Positions 50,822-59,281 of a stretch of 64,000 nucleotides of DNA are shown piece by piece. Numbering within the stretch: position 1 is the stretch's first letter; each line of letters opens with the position of its first letter. The stretch lies in the IMG/VR virus record IMGVR_UViG_3300025413_001239; one strand, written 5' to 3'. The position numbers and the translations under genes are program-made. Origin of the DNA: a virus (lineage: Duplodnaviria; Caudoviricetes). The notes below the pieces were generated by a model. It did no database searches. It was not told where the DNA came from and saw only the letters and a program-made list of their open reading frames with translations.

Positions 50822-51636
50822 GTAAAATTAAAGTTATTATACATGTGGCTGATATTCACATTAGGACATATAGGTTCCATGATGAATATAAGACCGTTTT
50901 TAAGAGGTTTATTGACCAAGTAAAGGATTTGGTCAAGGATTACACTAGAGACGAAATTAGGGTGGTTATTGCAGGTGATTTGGTGCATCAGAAGATTGTT
51001 ATATCCAACGAACAACTTATACTTGGTACTTGGTTTATAAGACAACTAGAAATGATTGCACCAGTTGTAATTATTGCTGGTAATCACGATTTGCTTGAGA
51101 ATAATAAGGATAGGGTTGATAGTCTTACACCCATGGTACAGTTCTTACCAGATTCAGAAGTTAATTACTTTAAGGAAAGTAAATGTTACTTAGACAATAA
51201 TATTGTTTGGTGTATTTATAGTATATTTGATGGTAATGCTAGACCAGACATAGAATCTGCTAAGGAACAATTTGGTAATGACAAGACTTATGTTGGCTTA
51301 TTCCATGCACCGCTTTTAAATGCTAAAACAGACATCGGATATGAAATTGACCATGGTGCATCGTTAGAGATATTTGGGGGTTGTGATATGGCTCTTTTGG
51401 GTGATATTCATAAGAGGCAATCATTTAATCATAATGGTATTCAAATTGCTTATCCAAGTTCATTAATTCAACAGAATTTTGGTGAGAATGTATCAAAGCA
51501 TGGATTCCTTTTATGGGATGTTGAAAGTAAGCGGTTTACTGAGCATGATGTTGACAATGAAAATTCATTTTATAACTTTAAAATCAAATCCTTAGATGAT
51601 TTGGATAATAATGCTGAAATAATAACCAATTTATAA
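50818..51636 (+). CDS. sbcD: SbcD/Mre11 (T4 gp47-like) nuclease, catalytic domain only
   Basis: HVADIH, IAGDLVH, IAGNHD, FH, LGDIHK and YPSSLIQQNFGE metallophosphoesterase motifs. Confidence 0.88.
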   Translation: MSKIKVIIHVADIHIRTYRFHDEYKTVFKRFIDQVKDLVKDYTRDEIRVVIAGDLVHQKIVISNEQLILGTWFIRQLEMIAPVVIIAGNHDLLENNKDRVDSLTPMVQFLPDSEVNYFKESKCYLDNNIVWCIYSIFDGNARPDIESAKEQFGNDKTYVGLFHAPLLNAKTDIGYEIDHGASLEIFGGCDMALLGDIHKRQSFNHNGIQIAYPSSLIQQNFGENVSKHGFLLWDVESKRFTEHDVDNENSFYNFKIKSLDDLDNNAEIITNL

Positions 51637-51638
51637 AA

Positions 51639-52010
51639 ATGGAAATACCTAAGGAACTTAGAAATGAGATATACATGTACTGTAATACAAATAAGATTAC
51701 AGACTATGATGCTTTTATACTAAAGTGTATAAAACAAGGTTTCACGGTTGAAAAATATGGTGCTGCACCAGCCTTTAAAGAAAAAATAGTTGAGAAGATT
51801 GTTGAAGTAGAAGTTGAAAAAGTTGTTGAAAGGGTTGTTGAAGTACCTATTAATGTTATAGACTCAGAATTGGGTGAAAAGTATAAACAATTACTTGATG
51901 AATTTGAAAAGTTTCGTGAAGAAAGTGTTAAGTTATCAAATGAAAATGAATCACTAAAAGTTCAATTAACAGAAAAAAATAAGAAAAAAGCAGACATTTA
52001 TGGAGAATAA
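51639..52010 (+). CDS. Hypothetical coiled-coil protein with EKIVE/EKVVE repeats
   Basis: KEKIVEKIVEVEVEKVVERVVEVP followed by a heptad-like tail. Confidence 0.6.
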   Translation: MEIPKELRNEIYMYCNTNKITDYDAFILKCIKQGFTVEKYGAAPAFKEKIVEKIVEVEVEKVVERVVEVPINVIDSELGEKYKQLLDEFEKFREESVKLSNENESLKVQLTEKNKKKADIYGE

Positions 52011-54354
52011 GATAAGTATATCACCGTATTCAAAAATTAAGGTTCAATGGTCTGATAGACCTGAAAACTATAGTAAAGAAGGTAAAAATAAAATAAAAAA
52101 TCACTTTGCTAAGAAGTATGGGTTAAATAAAAATAATATTGATGTTATTTATAATCCTGTTAAGTTTAATGAATCTGGTGATGCAATTGAAATAACTGGT
52201 GCAAACATTGAGAATATCATGGACACAACTTATCAACGTGAGTTGATGAAAGAGTGGCTTAAACGTGAAAATAAAACTATTGATTTTAATAGGATATTGA
52301 ATCTTGATGATAAAGTTAATGGTGAGTTAAACCTTGATGATACCAGCACTCGACATAACACTTGGTCCATCAAGTGGCTTATGATTAACAACTTCTTATC
52401 TTTTGGTGAAGAAAATTATGTTCCCTTTAACAAGTTAAGGGGTTTAACGGTTGTTAATTCAATCCCATCAAATACTGGTGGAAAAACTTCATTAACTATT
52501 GATTCATTAAAGTTCTTACTACACGGTAACACAACCAAAACAGATAAGAATGAAGAAATCTTTAATACCTATTCTGATAAGAATGACCTTGTTGTTAGGG
52601 GTATGATAGAAATTGGTGGTGAAGAAATCATTATCGAAAGAAAAATGAAAAGAACCGCTAAAAAAGGTGGTGGGTGGACCGTAACCAATAGGGTTAATTA
52701 CTATGAGTTGTTACCAGATGGTGAGGAAAAGGCTCTTAATGAAGAGGATGCAACTAGAACAACAGCAAAATTAAGAGCTACTATTGGTAGTGAAAAGGAT
52801 TTTGAAATGCTTGTATTAGCAACTGAGAAAAATTTGGATGACCTTATTGGCTTAACAACAACTGAAAGTGGTAAAGTACTTACTAGACTTATCGGTCTTG
52901 AGGTTATTGAAATGAAAGAAGCTGTTGTTAGGAAGATGTATAATGAATTTGATAAAAAGAAAAAATCAAATGAACATGATGTTATTACATTAAATGATGA
53001 TATTAACGAACACCTTCAAAAAATTGAAATTTGTGAGGGTATTAAAGAAACATTAACCAATAGACATCAAGAAACGCTAGATAAGATTGAAAGCTTACGA
53101 ACTGAAAATGATAGACTTTTAAATAGTAAGATTACTGTTGATGTTGTCATAAGCGCATTAAACCCATCAAAACTTCAAAATGAGGTTGACCAAATAACTG
53201 AGTCTGGTAAAACTATTAAATCTAAAGCGGATGATTTAAAAAATAGAATTAATGAGATTGGTAATCCAGACTTTGATGAAGATTATTATCATAAGTTAAC
53301 ACTTGAAAGAAATAAGGTACTTATTGACTTAGGTTTAAAAAAAGGTGAAATTACTAGGTTAGAGAATAATATTAAGAATCTAATTGATGGTGGTATTTGT
53401 AAGTCATGTAATCGTAAACTTGATGATGTTGACAACACAGAACACATAGAAGCACATAAGAAATCAATTGAAGATTTAACGATTGTTGTCAATGAGTTAT
53501 TATCTAAAGAAACGGTTGTTAAGGATGAGTTATCTGGGATGGTTGAAGTTAAGACTTTAGTTGATACTAAAATTAAACTTGAACTTGAAAAAGATAGGGC
53601 TGAAGTTGAGGTTGGTTCATTGAGAAATAAGGTTGTTGATAAGATGAATGACCTTAAAAAGTATAAGCTTAATGAACAAGCTATTGAATTTAATAGGAGT
53701 GTTGATGCTGAGGTATCAATGGTTAAAACCAACATTCAAGTTGAAGAAAAAACAAGAGATGATATTTTCTCTAAATTAGAGAAAATTAAGCAAGACATTA
53801 ATCTTAACATCCAATCAATCGATGCTAAAAACAAATTAATAGAACAAATTAAGAAAGAAGAAGAAATTGATAAAATATTTAAGGTTTATATTGAACTATT
53901 TGGTAAAAAAGGCATTAGCAAGTTAGTACTTAGGTCAGTGTTACCAATTATAAATTCTGAGGTTGCAAGGCTTCTTGAGGATGTTTGTGAATTTGAGGTT
54001 GAAATATTTATTGATGATAAGAACGATGTACAATTCTTATTAATTAAAGATGGTGTGTCCAAATTGCTTAAATCTGGTAGTGGGTTTGAAAAGACAGCAG
54101 CTAGTTTAGCGTTAAGAGGTGTTTTAGGTAAGATATCAACATTACCAATGCCTAATTTTATAACGTTTGATGAGATTTTAGGTAAAGTTGCTAATGAAAA
54201 CATTGACAAGTTAAAGCCACTATTTGACAAGATATCAAATATGTATGAGATAGTATTTTTAATTACACATAACGATATAATTAAGGATTGGGCCACTAAA
54301 ATTCTAACAGTTATTAAAGAAGGCAACATATCAAAGGTTAATTTATTAAAGTAA
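52000..54354 (+). CDS. sbcC: SbcC/Rad50 (T4 gp46-like) SMC ATPase with an N-terminal extension of about 125 aa
   Basis: IKWLMINNFLSFG, Walker A-like SNTGGKTS, long coiled coil, zinc hook CKSC, signature SGSGFE, Walker B ITFDE, H-loop LITH. Confidence 0.88.
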   Translation: MENKISISPYSKIKVQWSDRPENYSKEGKNKIKNHFAKKYGLNKNNIDVIYNPVKFNESGDAIEITGANIENIMDTTYQRELMKEWLKRENKTIDFNRILNLDDKVNGELNLDDTSTRHNTWSIKWLMINNFLSFGEENYVPFNKLRGLTVVNSIPSNTGGKTSLTIDSLKFLLHGNTTKTDKNEEIFNTYSDKNDLVVRGMIEIGGEEIIIERKMKRTAKKGGGWTVTNRVNYYELLPDGEEKALNEEDATRTTAKLRATIGSEKDFEMLVLATEKNLDDLIGLTTTESGKVLTRLIGLEVIEMKEAVVRKMYNEFDKKKKSNEHDVITLNDDINEHLQKIEICEGIKETLTNRHQETLDKIESLRTENDRLLNSKITVDVVISALNPSKLQNEVDQITESGKTIKSKADDLKNRINEIGNPDFDEDYYHKLTLERNKVLIDLGLKKGEITRLENNIKNLIDGGICKSCNRKLDDVDNTEHIEAHKKSIEDLTIVVNELLSKETVVKDELSGMVEVKTLVDTKIKLELEKDRAEVEVGSLRNKVVDKMNDLKKYKLNEQAIEFNRSVDAEVSMVKTNIQVEEKTRDDIFSKLEKIKQDINLNIQSIDAKNKLIEQIKKEEEIDKIFKVYIELFGKKGISKLVLRSVLPIINSEVARLLEDVCEFEVEIFIDDKNDVQFLLIKDGVSKLLKSGSGFEKTAASLALRGVLGKISTLPMPNFITFDEILGKVANENIDKLKPLFDKISNMYEIVFLITHNDIIKDWATKILTVIKEGNISKVNLLK

Positions 54355-54378
54355 ATTTTTTTATTTGATAAAAACATC

Positions 54379-54386
54379 TATATTTG
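54379..54386 (+). promoter_or_regulatory. Bacteroidota-type -7 box TATATTTG
   Basis: Intergenic, upstream of 54406. No TTG at the canonical spacing. Confidence 0.5.
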
Positions 54387-54405
54387 CATCTTAAAATTTG
54401 ATAAA

Positions 54406-54918
54406 ATGAAATTTAGAGATTACTGTTTAGTGCTTATGGGTAAGAATGATAATTTTTTACCAGAAATTATTAAGGTTTCCGAATCTAAACCAAACGTTTT
54501 AGATGCTACTGGGATTGTTATAGCAACCTTTACATCAGCGATGGAAGTTGAAGAACTTACAGATTATTTTAAAACAAACGATAGGAATTTTTTATTGTTT
54601 GATTTAGATAAAAACCATTCTGGTTTTCACATTACGAAGGATAAAGTACATCAAGGCTTATTTGGTTTTTTAGGTGGTGATAGAGAACAGTATCTAAAGG
54701 AAAAAAGTGAAGAATTGCTTCATGAATTAGAAGTTAATGGTGATGGTGTTACTACATATACAAACGAAAATGATATAAAATTAAAACTGCCAATTGATAA
54801 TATTGATGACTTGACACCCAAAGAAAAAGATGAATGGATTAATATCATAATAGATAAAGGTGTTGATAAACTCTCCGATTACGATAAGAAATTACTGGAT
54901 AAATTATCGAATGATTAG
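54406..54918 (+). CDS. Hypothetical protein with a C-terminal DUF6576-like motif
   Basis: INIIIDKGVDKLSDYDKKLL resembles the ILDKI..SG.ESLT..EK..L motif. Confidence 0.45.
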   Translation: MKFRDYCLVLMGKNDNFLPEIIKVSESKPNVLDATGIVIATFTSAMEVEELTDYFKTNDRNFLLFDLDKNHSGFHITKDKVHQGLFGFLGGDREQYLKEKSEELLHELEVNGDGVTTYTNENDIKLKLPIDNIDDLTPKEKDEWINIIIDKGVDKLSDYDKKLLDKLSND

Positions 54919-54940
54919 TAAATAAATACCAGGAAAAAGT

Positions 54941-54970
54941 TTGACTTTTCATAATTTTTTCGTATATTTG
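54941..54970 (+). promoter_or_regulatory. Bacteroidota-type promoter (TTG-N19-TATATTTG) upstream of the phage sigma factor
   Basis: TTG at 54941-54943 and TATATTTG at 54963-54970. Confidence 0.75.
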
Positions 54971-54996
54971 CATATCTGTAAGATAATAATAATATA

Positions 54997-55842
54997 TTGA
55001 AATATGAAAAATTAATGGTAAATAAGTTTGTGAATTTTGAAGATGAGGATTGTTTAGTAAAGTACTTTAAGGATGTTAGAAAATCTAAAATTTTAACTTT
55101 AGATGAAGAAGTTAAGATTGCTGAAGAGATAAAATCTGGGAATTTAGATTCGGTGGATATTTTGGTTAAGGCTAATTTAAAATTTGTTGTTTCTATAGCA
55201 AAAGAATACCAAAATCAAGGATTACCACTATCTGATTTAATTAGTGAGGGTAACTTTGGTTTAATAAAAGCGGCAACAAGATTTGACCACACTCGTGGGT
55301 TCCGATTTATATCCTATGCCGTTTGGTGGATAAGGCAATCAATCATTCAAAGCCTTAACGATAATGCTAGAATGGTACGTTTACCAGCAAACATAATTAA
55401 CAAATTGAATAGTCTTAAAAAAGAAATCGAAAAGTTTGAATCAGATAATGAACGTGAACCAATTTATGGTGATATATTAGATGAAAATTCTGAAGCTGTC
55501 GACTTAACCATTTATTCTAGGTGTTCATCATTAAACGATATTATCAACGAAGATGGTGATGAACTTATCGATTTAATATCATCACCTAACGATGATGATA
55601 AATTGATTGTTAATGATAAACTTAAAAATAAAATCAATGAAACTCTTTCAATACTAAGTGAAAGAGAACGAATCATAATTGAAAATTATTATGGTATAAA
55701 CACTGATTGTGAACCAATGACACTTGAGGTCATAGGTGAAAAGTTTTCATTAACTAAAGAAAGAATCAGACAAATTAAAGAAAAATCCCTAAGAAAATTA
55801 AGACACAATGCTCATAATTTATACAACTTAATTAATGAGTGA
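54997..55842 (+). CDS. rpoD: RNA polymerase sigma-70 factor, RpoD/SigA-like (short Bacteroidota type lacking region 1.1)
   Basis: ANLKFVVSIAKEYQNQGLPLSDLISEGNFGLIKAA.RFD..RGFRFISYAVWWIRQSI and region 4 TLEVIGEKFSLTKERIRQIKEK. Alternative ATG at 55015. Confidence 0.92.
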   Translation: MKYEKLMVNKFVNFEDEDCLVKYFKDVRKSKILTLDEEVKIAEEIKSGNLDSVDILVKANLKFVVSIAKEYQNQGLPLSDLISEGNFGLIKAATRFDHTRGFRFISYAVWWIRQSIIQSLNDNARMVRLPANIINKLNSLKKEIEKFESDNEREPIYGDILDENSEAVDLTIYSRCSSLNDIINEDGDELIDLISSPNDDDKLIVNDKLKNKINETLSILSERERIIIENYYGINTDCEPMTLEVIGEKFSLTKERIRQIKEKSLRKLRHNAHNLYNLINE

Positions 55843-55850
55843 TATTTATA
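55843..55850 (+). promoter_or_regulatory. Putative late-promoter motif TATTTATA
   Basis: Between the sigma stop codon and the ATG at 55855. Confidence 0.45.
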
Positions 55851-55854
55851 TAAT

Positions 55855-57150
55855 ATGAAATTTAAGTTTAGCTTTTTAGTTGCTTTAGCTGCCACACTTG
55901 TTGCAGGCTGTTCCGCTTACTATTCAGTTTTTGGTCTTAGTCAATTATTCGCTGGTGCCAGTCTTTCAGTTATACTTATGGCATCTAGTCTTGAATTTAG
56001 TAAAGTAATAGCTGTTAGTATTTTAGAGAAGTATTGGAATAAAATTGGTAAAACCTTAAGAGTTTATTTAATTATTGGTGTTACCATTTTAGTTTGTATA
56101 ACATCCGCAGGTATCTATGGTTTTCTATCCAATGCCTATCAAAAAACAGCTTCTAATGTCGAAATGTCAGATGCTGCTTTAGGTGTTCTTAATAATAAAA
56201 AATCACTATTTGAAAAAAATATTACAGATAACCAAAAAATAATTGAAACAAAATCCAATAGAGTATCACAACTATCAAACCTTAGAAATGTTCAAGAAGG
56301 TAGAATTGATGCGGCTATTACAAATTCAAATAAAAACAAAGCTAGAGCAGATATTGATGCATCTTCCAAAGAGGTTCAATTATTAAATAGCGAAATTGAC
56401 GTTTTAAACGCTAAAAACGCCGTGTTATCTGACTCAGTGAATGTTTATGCTAATAAGGCAATTGAGGTCAAATCTAAGGCTAATTCAACTAGTGAAATAG
56501 GTCCATTGAAGTACCTTGCTCAATTGACTGGTTACCCAATGGATAAAATCATCAACTGGTTTATCCTTCTTTTAATTTTTGTATTTGACCCATTAGCGGT
56601 TGCATTGGTTGTTGCGACTAATAAGGTCCTAGAAATTGAAAAAGAAAATACTGAGACTAAAGAAGACGATGGTATATATGGTGTAGACTTACAACCATGG
56701 CCACCCACGCCAATGCATGCGATACTAACAAAAAATACAACAAGAGAAGAACCGCCATTTGTAAGTGACGATTTTCAAATAGGTCCAGATGGTGCGTATG
56801 AATACATTGAAGAACCACCATTTGAAGAAGAAGCTATAGAAGAACCAATTATTGAAGAACCAATTATTGAAGAACCAATTATTGAAGAAGAAGCTATAGA
56901 AGAATTCATAGAAGAACCAACAATAGAACCAACAATAGAACCAATAATAGAACCAGCAATAGAGGAGCCAATTATTGAAACTAAAGTTGAAGAACCAGTG
57001 GTGTATAAGCCTGATTATGTCATTCCAAATGGTAAGATTAAACTTGAAGACATAAAAGAAAAAAAGTTAGAAACCAATAGAGGATTTTCTAAGGATATAC
57101 CAACAATTAAAAATACAGTAGAACACATTGGTGTTAATAAATATCGTTAA
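55855..57150 (+). CDS. Multi-pass membrane protein with a coiled coil and Glu/Pro-rich tail
   Basis: Three N-terminal hydrophobic helices, a coiled coil, a fourth TM segment (WFILLLIFVFDPLAVALVVA) and EEPII repeats. Confidence 0.7.
   Translation: MKFKFSFLVALAATLVAGCSAYYSVFGLSQLFAGASLSVILMASSLEFSKVIAVSILEKYWNKIGKTLRVYLIIGVTILVCITSAGIYGFLSNAYQKTASNVEMSDAALGVLNNKKSLFEKNITDNQKIIETKSNRVSQLSNLRNVQEGRIDAAITNSNKNKARADIDASSKEVQLLNSEIDVLNAKNAVLSDSVNVYANKAIEVKSKANSTSEIGPLKYLAQLTGYPMDKIINWFILLLIFVFDPLAVALVVATNKVLEIEKENTETKEDDGIYGVDLQPWPPTPMHAILTKNTTREEPPFVSDDFQIGPDGAYEYIEEPPFEEEAIEEPIIEEPIIEEPIIEEEAIEEFIEEPTIEPTIEPIIEPAIEEPIIETKVEEPVVYKPDYVIPNGKIKLEDIKEKKLETNRGFSKDIPTIKNTVEHIGVNKYR
56803..56980 (+). repeat. 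In-frame tandem repeats encoding EEPII / EPTI / EEEAI
   Basis: gaagaaccaattatt x3 at 56839-56883, plus related 12-15-nt units. Confidence 0.9.
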
Positions 57151-57164
57151 AATTTATCTTATAA

Positions 57165-57779
57165 ATGGAAATTAATAATCAATATGTGTTACCAGATAAT
57201 AATTACATAAAAACCGAAACAACTAAAAAATCAATTATCCTTGGTAATTTTTCTGCGAGTCCAGATAAAAATTACGTAAAGTGGACGAGTAGATATAACA
57301 GTAATTATAAAAAGACTGCTGCATTTACGATAGATATTAGTGGTTGTGTTTATAATCACTTTGACCCAATTTATTATTCAAATATCCTTGGAAATATTGA
57401 TTTAGATAAAAGAAATATTGTTATTTTACTGGAGAATGAAGGTTGGTTAACTAAAAATGTTAATGAAAATAAATTTATTGATTGGGTTGGTCATATTTAT
57501 AATAGAGATGGTGTTATAGTTGAAAAAAAATGGCGTGGACAATCATATTGGGCCCCTTATTCTGATGAACAAGTAGTTTCAACTATAAAATTAATCACTA
57601 AATTATGTGCTGATTATAACATAAATAAAGTTGCAATTCCACATAATACAAAAATAGATAACCCCGATGAATACGAAGGTATTTTTTATAAGAGTAATCT
57701 AGAAAAACATCATACTGATTTAAGTCCAGCTTGGTCGTGTGAAGATTTCAAAAGTAAATTAGAAGAATATGAAAAATAA
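57165..57779 (+). CDS. N-acetylmuramoyl-L-alanine amidase (Amidase_2) fold protein with degenerate Zn ligands
   Basis: Overall pattern IIL...AAFTIDISG...FDP...IVILLENEG...YSDEQV...LCADYNI...TDLSP, but the expected His ligands are missing. Confidence 0.65.
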   Translation: MEINNQYVLPDNNYIKTETTKKSIILGNFSASPDKNYVKWTSRYNSNYKKTAAFTIDISGCVYNHFDPIYYSNILGNIDLDKRNIVILLENEGWLTKNVNENKFIDWVGHIYNRDGVIVEKKWRGQSYWAPYSDEQVVSTIKLITKLCADYNINKVAIPHNTKIDNPDEYEGIFYKSNLEKHHTDLSPAWSCEDFKSKLEEYEK

Positions 57780-58221
57780 AGAATTGCTTAACGAGCATGA
57801 ACAAACCAAAATGATGCTTGAATTCATTAGAAGTAACAGTTCTAAAAGAATTATCCAAGAAAGTGACGATGTTATTTCACCATCAGAAAATGATTCAGTA
57901 TACACTGATGAATTAAAGAAATTATCTGATACGGTAGACCCAAGAGTTCAAATAAGTAAATTTAAAATTTACCCTAGAGATAGAGATGTTCAATTGGATG
58001 GTAGATTGGATTCTGGTGTTAATTTCTTCATGTCAACCAAGGCCATGAAATTAAAGATTTCAATAACAGATGACCAAGGTAAAACTGCTGAAATTTATTT
58101 AGATGATGAATTACTTTCAACTATTCAAAAGTTAAATGGTTATTATGAAAATTGGACTAGAGAATGGGCGACAAAGTTAACTACTGAATATAAACCAAAG
58201 AATAATACCAACCAAAATTAA
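57769..58221 (+). CDS. Hypothetical protein, possible head-associated protein
   Basis: N-terminal LLNEHEQTKMMLEFI and IIQES motifs. Confidence 0.45.
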   Translation: MKNKELLNEHEQTKMMLEFIRSNSSKRIIQESDDVISPSENDSVYTDELKKLSDTVDPRVQISKFKIYPRDRDVQLDGRLDSGVNFFMSTKAMKLKISITDDQGKTAEIYLDDELLSTIQKLNGYYENWTREWATKLTTEYKPKNNTNQN

Positions 58222-58225
58222 TCTT

Positions 58226-58612
58226 ATGCAAAATTTAAATATTAAAAGGTTATTGGTTGACATAATACTCATAGTTGGTATTTTTATTGCAATTTTTATT
58301 GGGTATAAAATATATAACAAATCTGATAATTCAACACCAGAACAACTTAAACAAACACTTATCGAAAATAAAAAAATTCAAGATAAGATAGATTCTATTA
58401 GTAGATATAATAAATCACTTATGAATAGAATATATAGTTTAGAGGTTGCTCAAACTGATGTTTATGATGTTATAAATCAAAATAATTCTTTAATAAAAGA
58501 AAATACTAATAAATTAGATAAATTAAAAAAATCATATGAAGAAAAAATTGATTCTGTTAACAACTATTCTATTTACCAGCTTGATAGCTTTTTCACAAAG
58601 CGATACCCTTAA
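58226..58612 (+). CDS. N-terminal TM anchor + coiled-coil protein (i-spanin-like)
   Basis: LLVDIILIVGIFIAIFIGY TM segment followed by a coiled coil. Confidence 0.5.
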   Translation: MQNLNIKRLLVDIILIVGIFIAIFIGYKIYNKSDNSTPEQLKQTLIENKKIQDKIDSISRYNKSLMNRIYSLEVAQTDVYDVINQNNSLIKENTNKLDKLKKSYEEKIDSVNNYSIYQLDSFFTKRYP

Positions 58613-58952
58613 GATAACTAAGAGAGCTGGTATTGGTGCTATTAAAGACATATTAAAAAAAGATATGTTAGAACATGAGGTTAATTCTTTAAATAAAAAT
58701 ATAAGCATTTACCAAGATAATTTAAAATTAAAGGATAGCATTATTACATCAAAAACAACTGAAATTAATCTATTTAAGTTAAGAGATACAATGTCTCAAA
58801 AAATTATTTCATTGAACGATGAACAAAAAAACAATCTAAATAAATCAATTAAAGAATTGAATGATGAACTTAAAAAAGAAAAGAAGAAAGTTACCATAAC
58901 AACAATTGGTGGTATCGCACTTGCTTTTTTAGTTTATATGATTGCGAAGTAA
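58536..58952 (+). CDS. Signal peptide + coiled coil + C-terminal TM protein, overlapping the upstream gene
   Basis: MKKKLILLTTILFTSLIAFS-Q signal, coiled coil, C-terminal TIGGIALAFLVYMIA. 77-nt overlap with 58226-58612. Confidence 0.55.
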   Translation: MKKKLILLTTILFTSLIAFSQSDTLKITKRAGIGAIKDILKKDMLEHEVNSLNKNISIYQDNLKLKDSIITSKTTEINLFKLRDTMSQKIISLNDEQKNNLNKSIKELNDELKKEKKKVTITTIGGIALAFLVYMIAK

Positions 58953-58974
58953 TAATATTTACGAATAAACTATT

Positions 58975-59002
58975 AAATGGGACTTAAAAAGTCTCATTTT
59001 TT
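58975..59002 (+). terminator. Intrinsic terminator
   Basis: AAATGGGACT-taaaa-AGTCTCATTT (one G-U pair) followed by a T run. Confidence 0.75.
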
Positions 59003-59015
59003 GTTTAAATACGTA

Positions 59016-59023
59016 TATTTATA
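59016..59023 (+). promoter_or_regulatory. Putative late-promoter motif TATTTATA
   Basis: After the terminator, 19 nt upstream of the ATG at 59043. Confidence 0.5.
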
Positions 59024-59042
59024 TAAAAACAAATATTTCTAA

Positions 59043-59279
59043 ATGAAAATTAAAGAAGATATAACAAAATCTGACATTGATAAGGGTATTAAAGTTTTTA
59101 TTGATAGTTCTGCATTCAAATCAAAAATTGAGAAAATTGTTAAAGATAGACTTAAAAATGAAAAAGAATTGGAGGACAAAGTTGTTGAAATAACAAAAAA
59201 TGTATTAACACAATTATATAAAACACTTTGGACCAAACGTGGTTTCTGGAAAAGTGGTCTTTCAAATAAAGCAGATTAA
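59043..59279 (+). CDS. Small basic hypothetical protein
   Basis: 78-aa ORF after a late motif, 2 nt from the next ATG. Confidence 0.55.
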   Translation: MKIKEDITKSDIDKGIKVFIDSSAFKSKIEKIVKDRLKNEKELEDKVVEITKNVLTQLYKTLWTKRGFWKSGLSNKAD

Positions 59280-59281
59280 AT

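Noticed and set aside
55855-55911. Lipoprotein signal (LVAG-C) in the membrane protein
   Set aside because: It is followed directly by further TM helices typical of a polytopic protein, so the Cys is more plausibly part of TM1. Not testable here.
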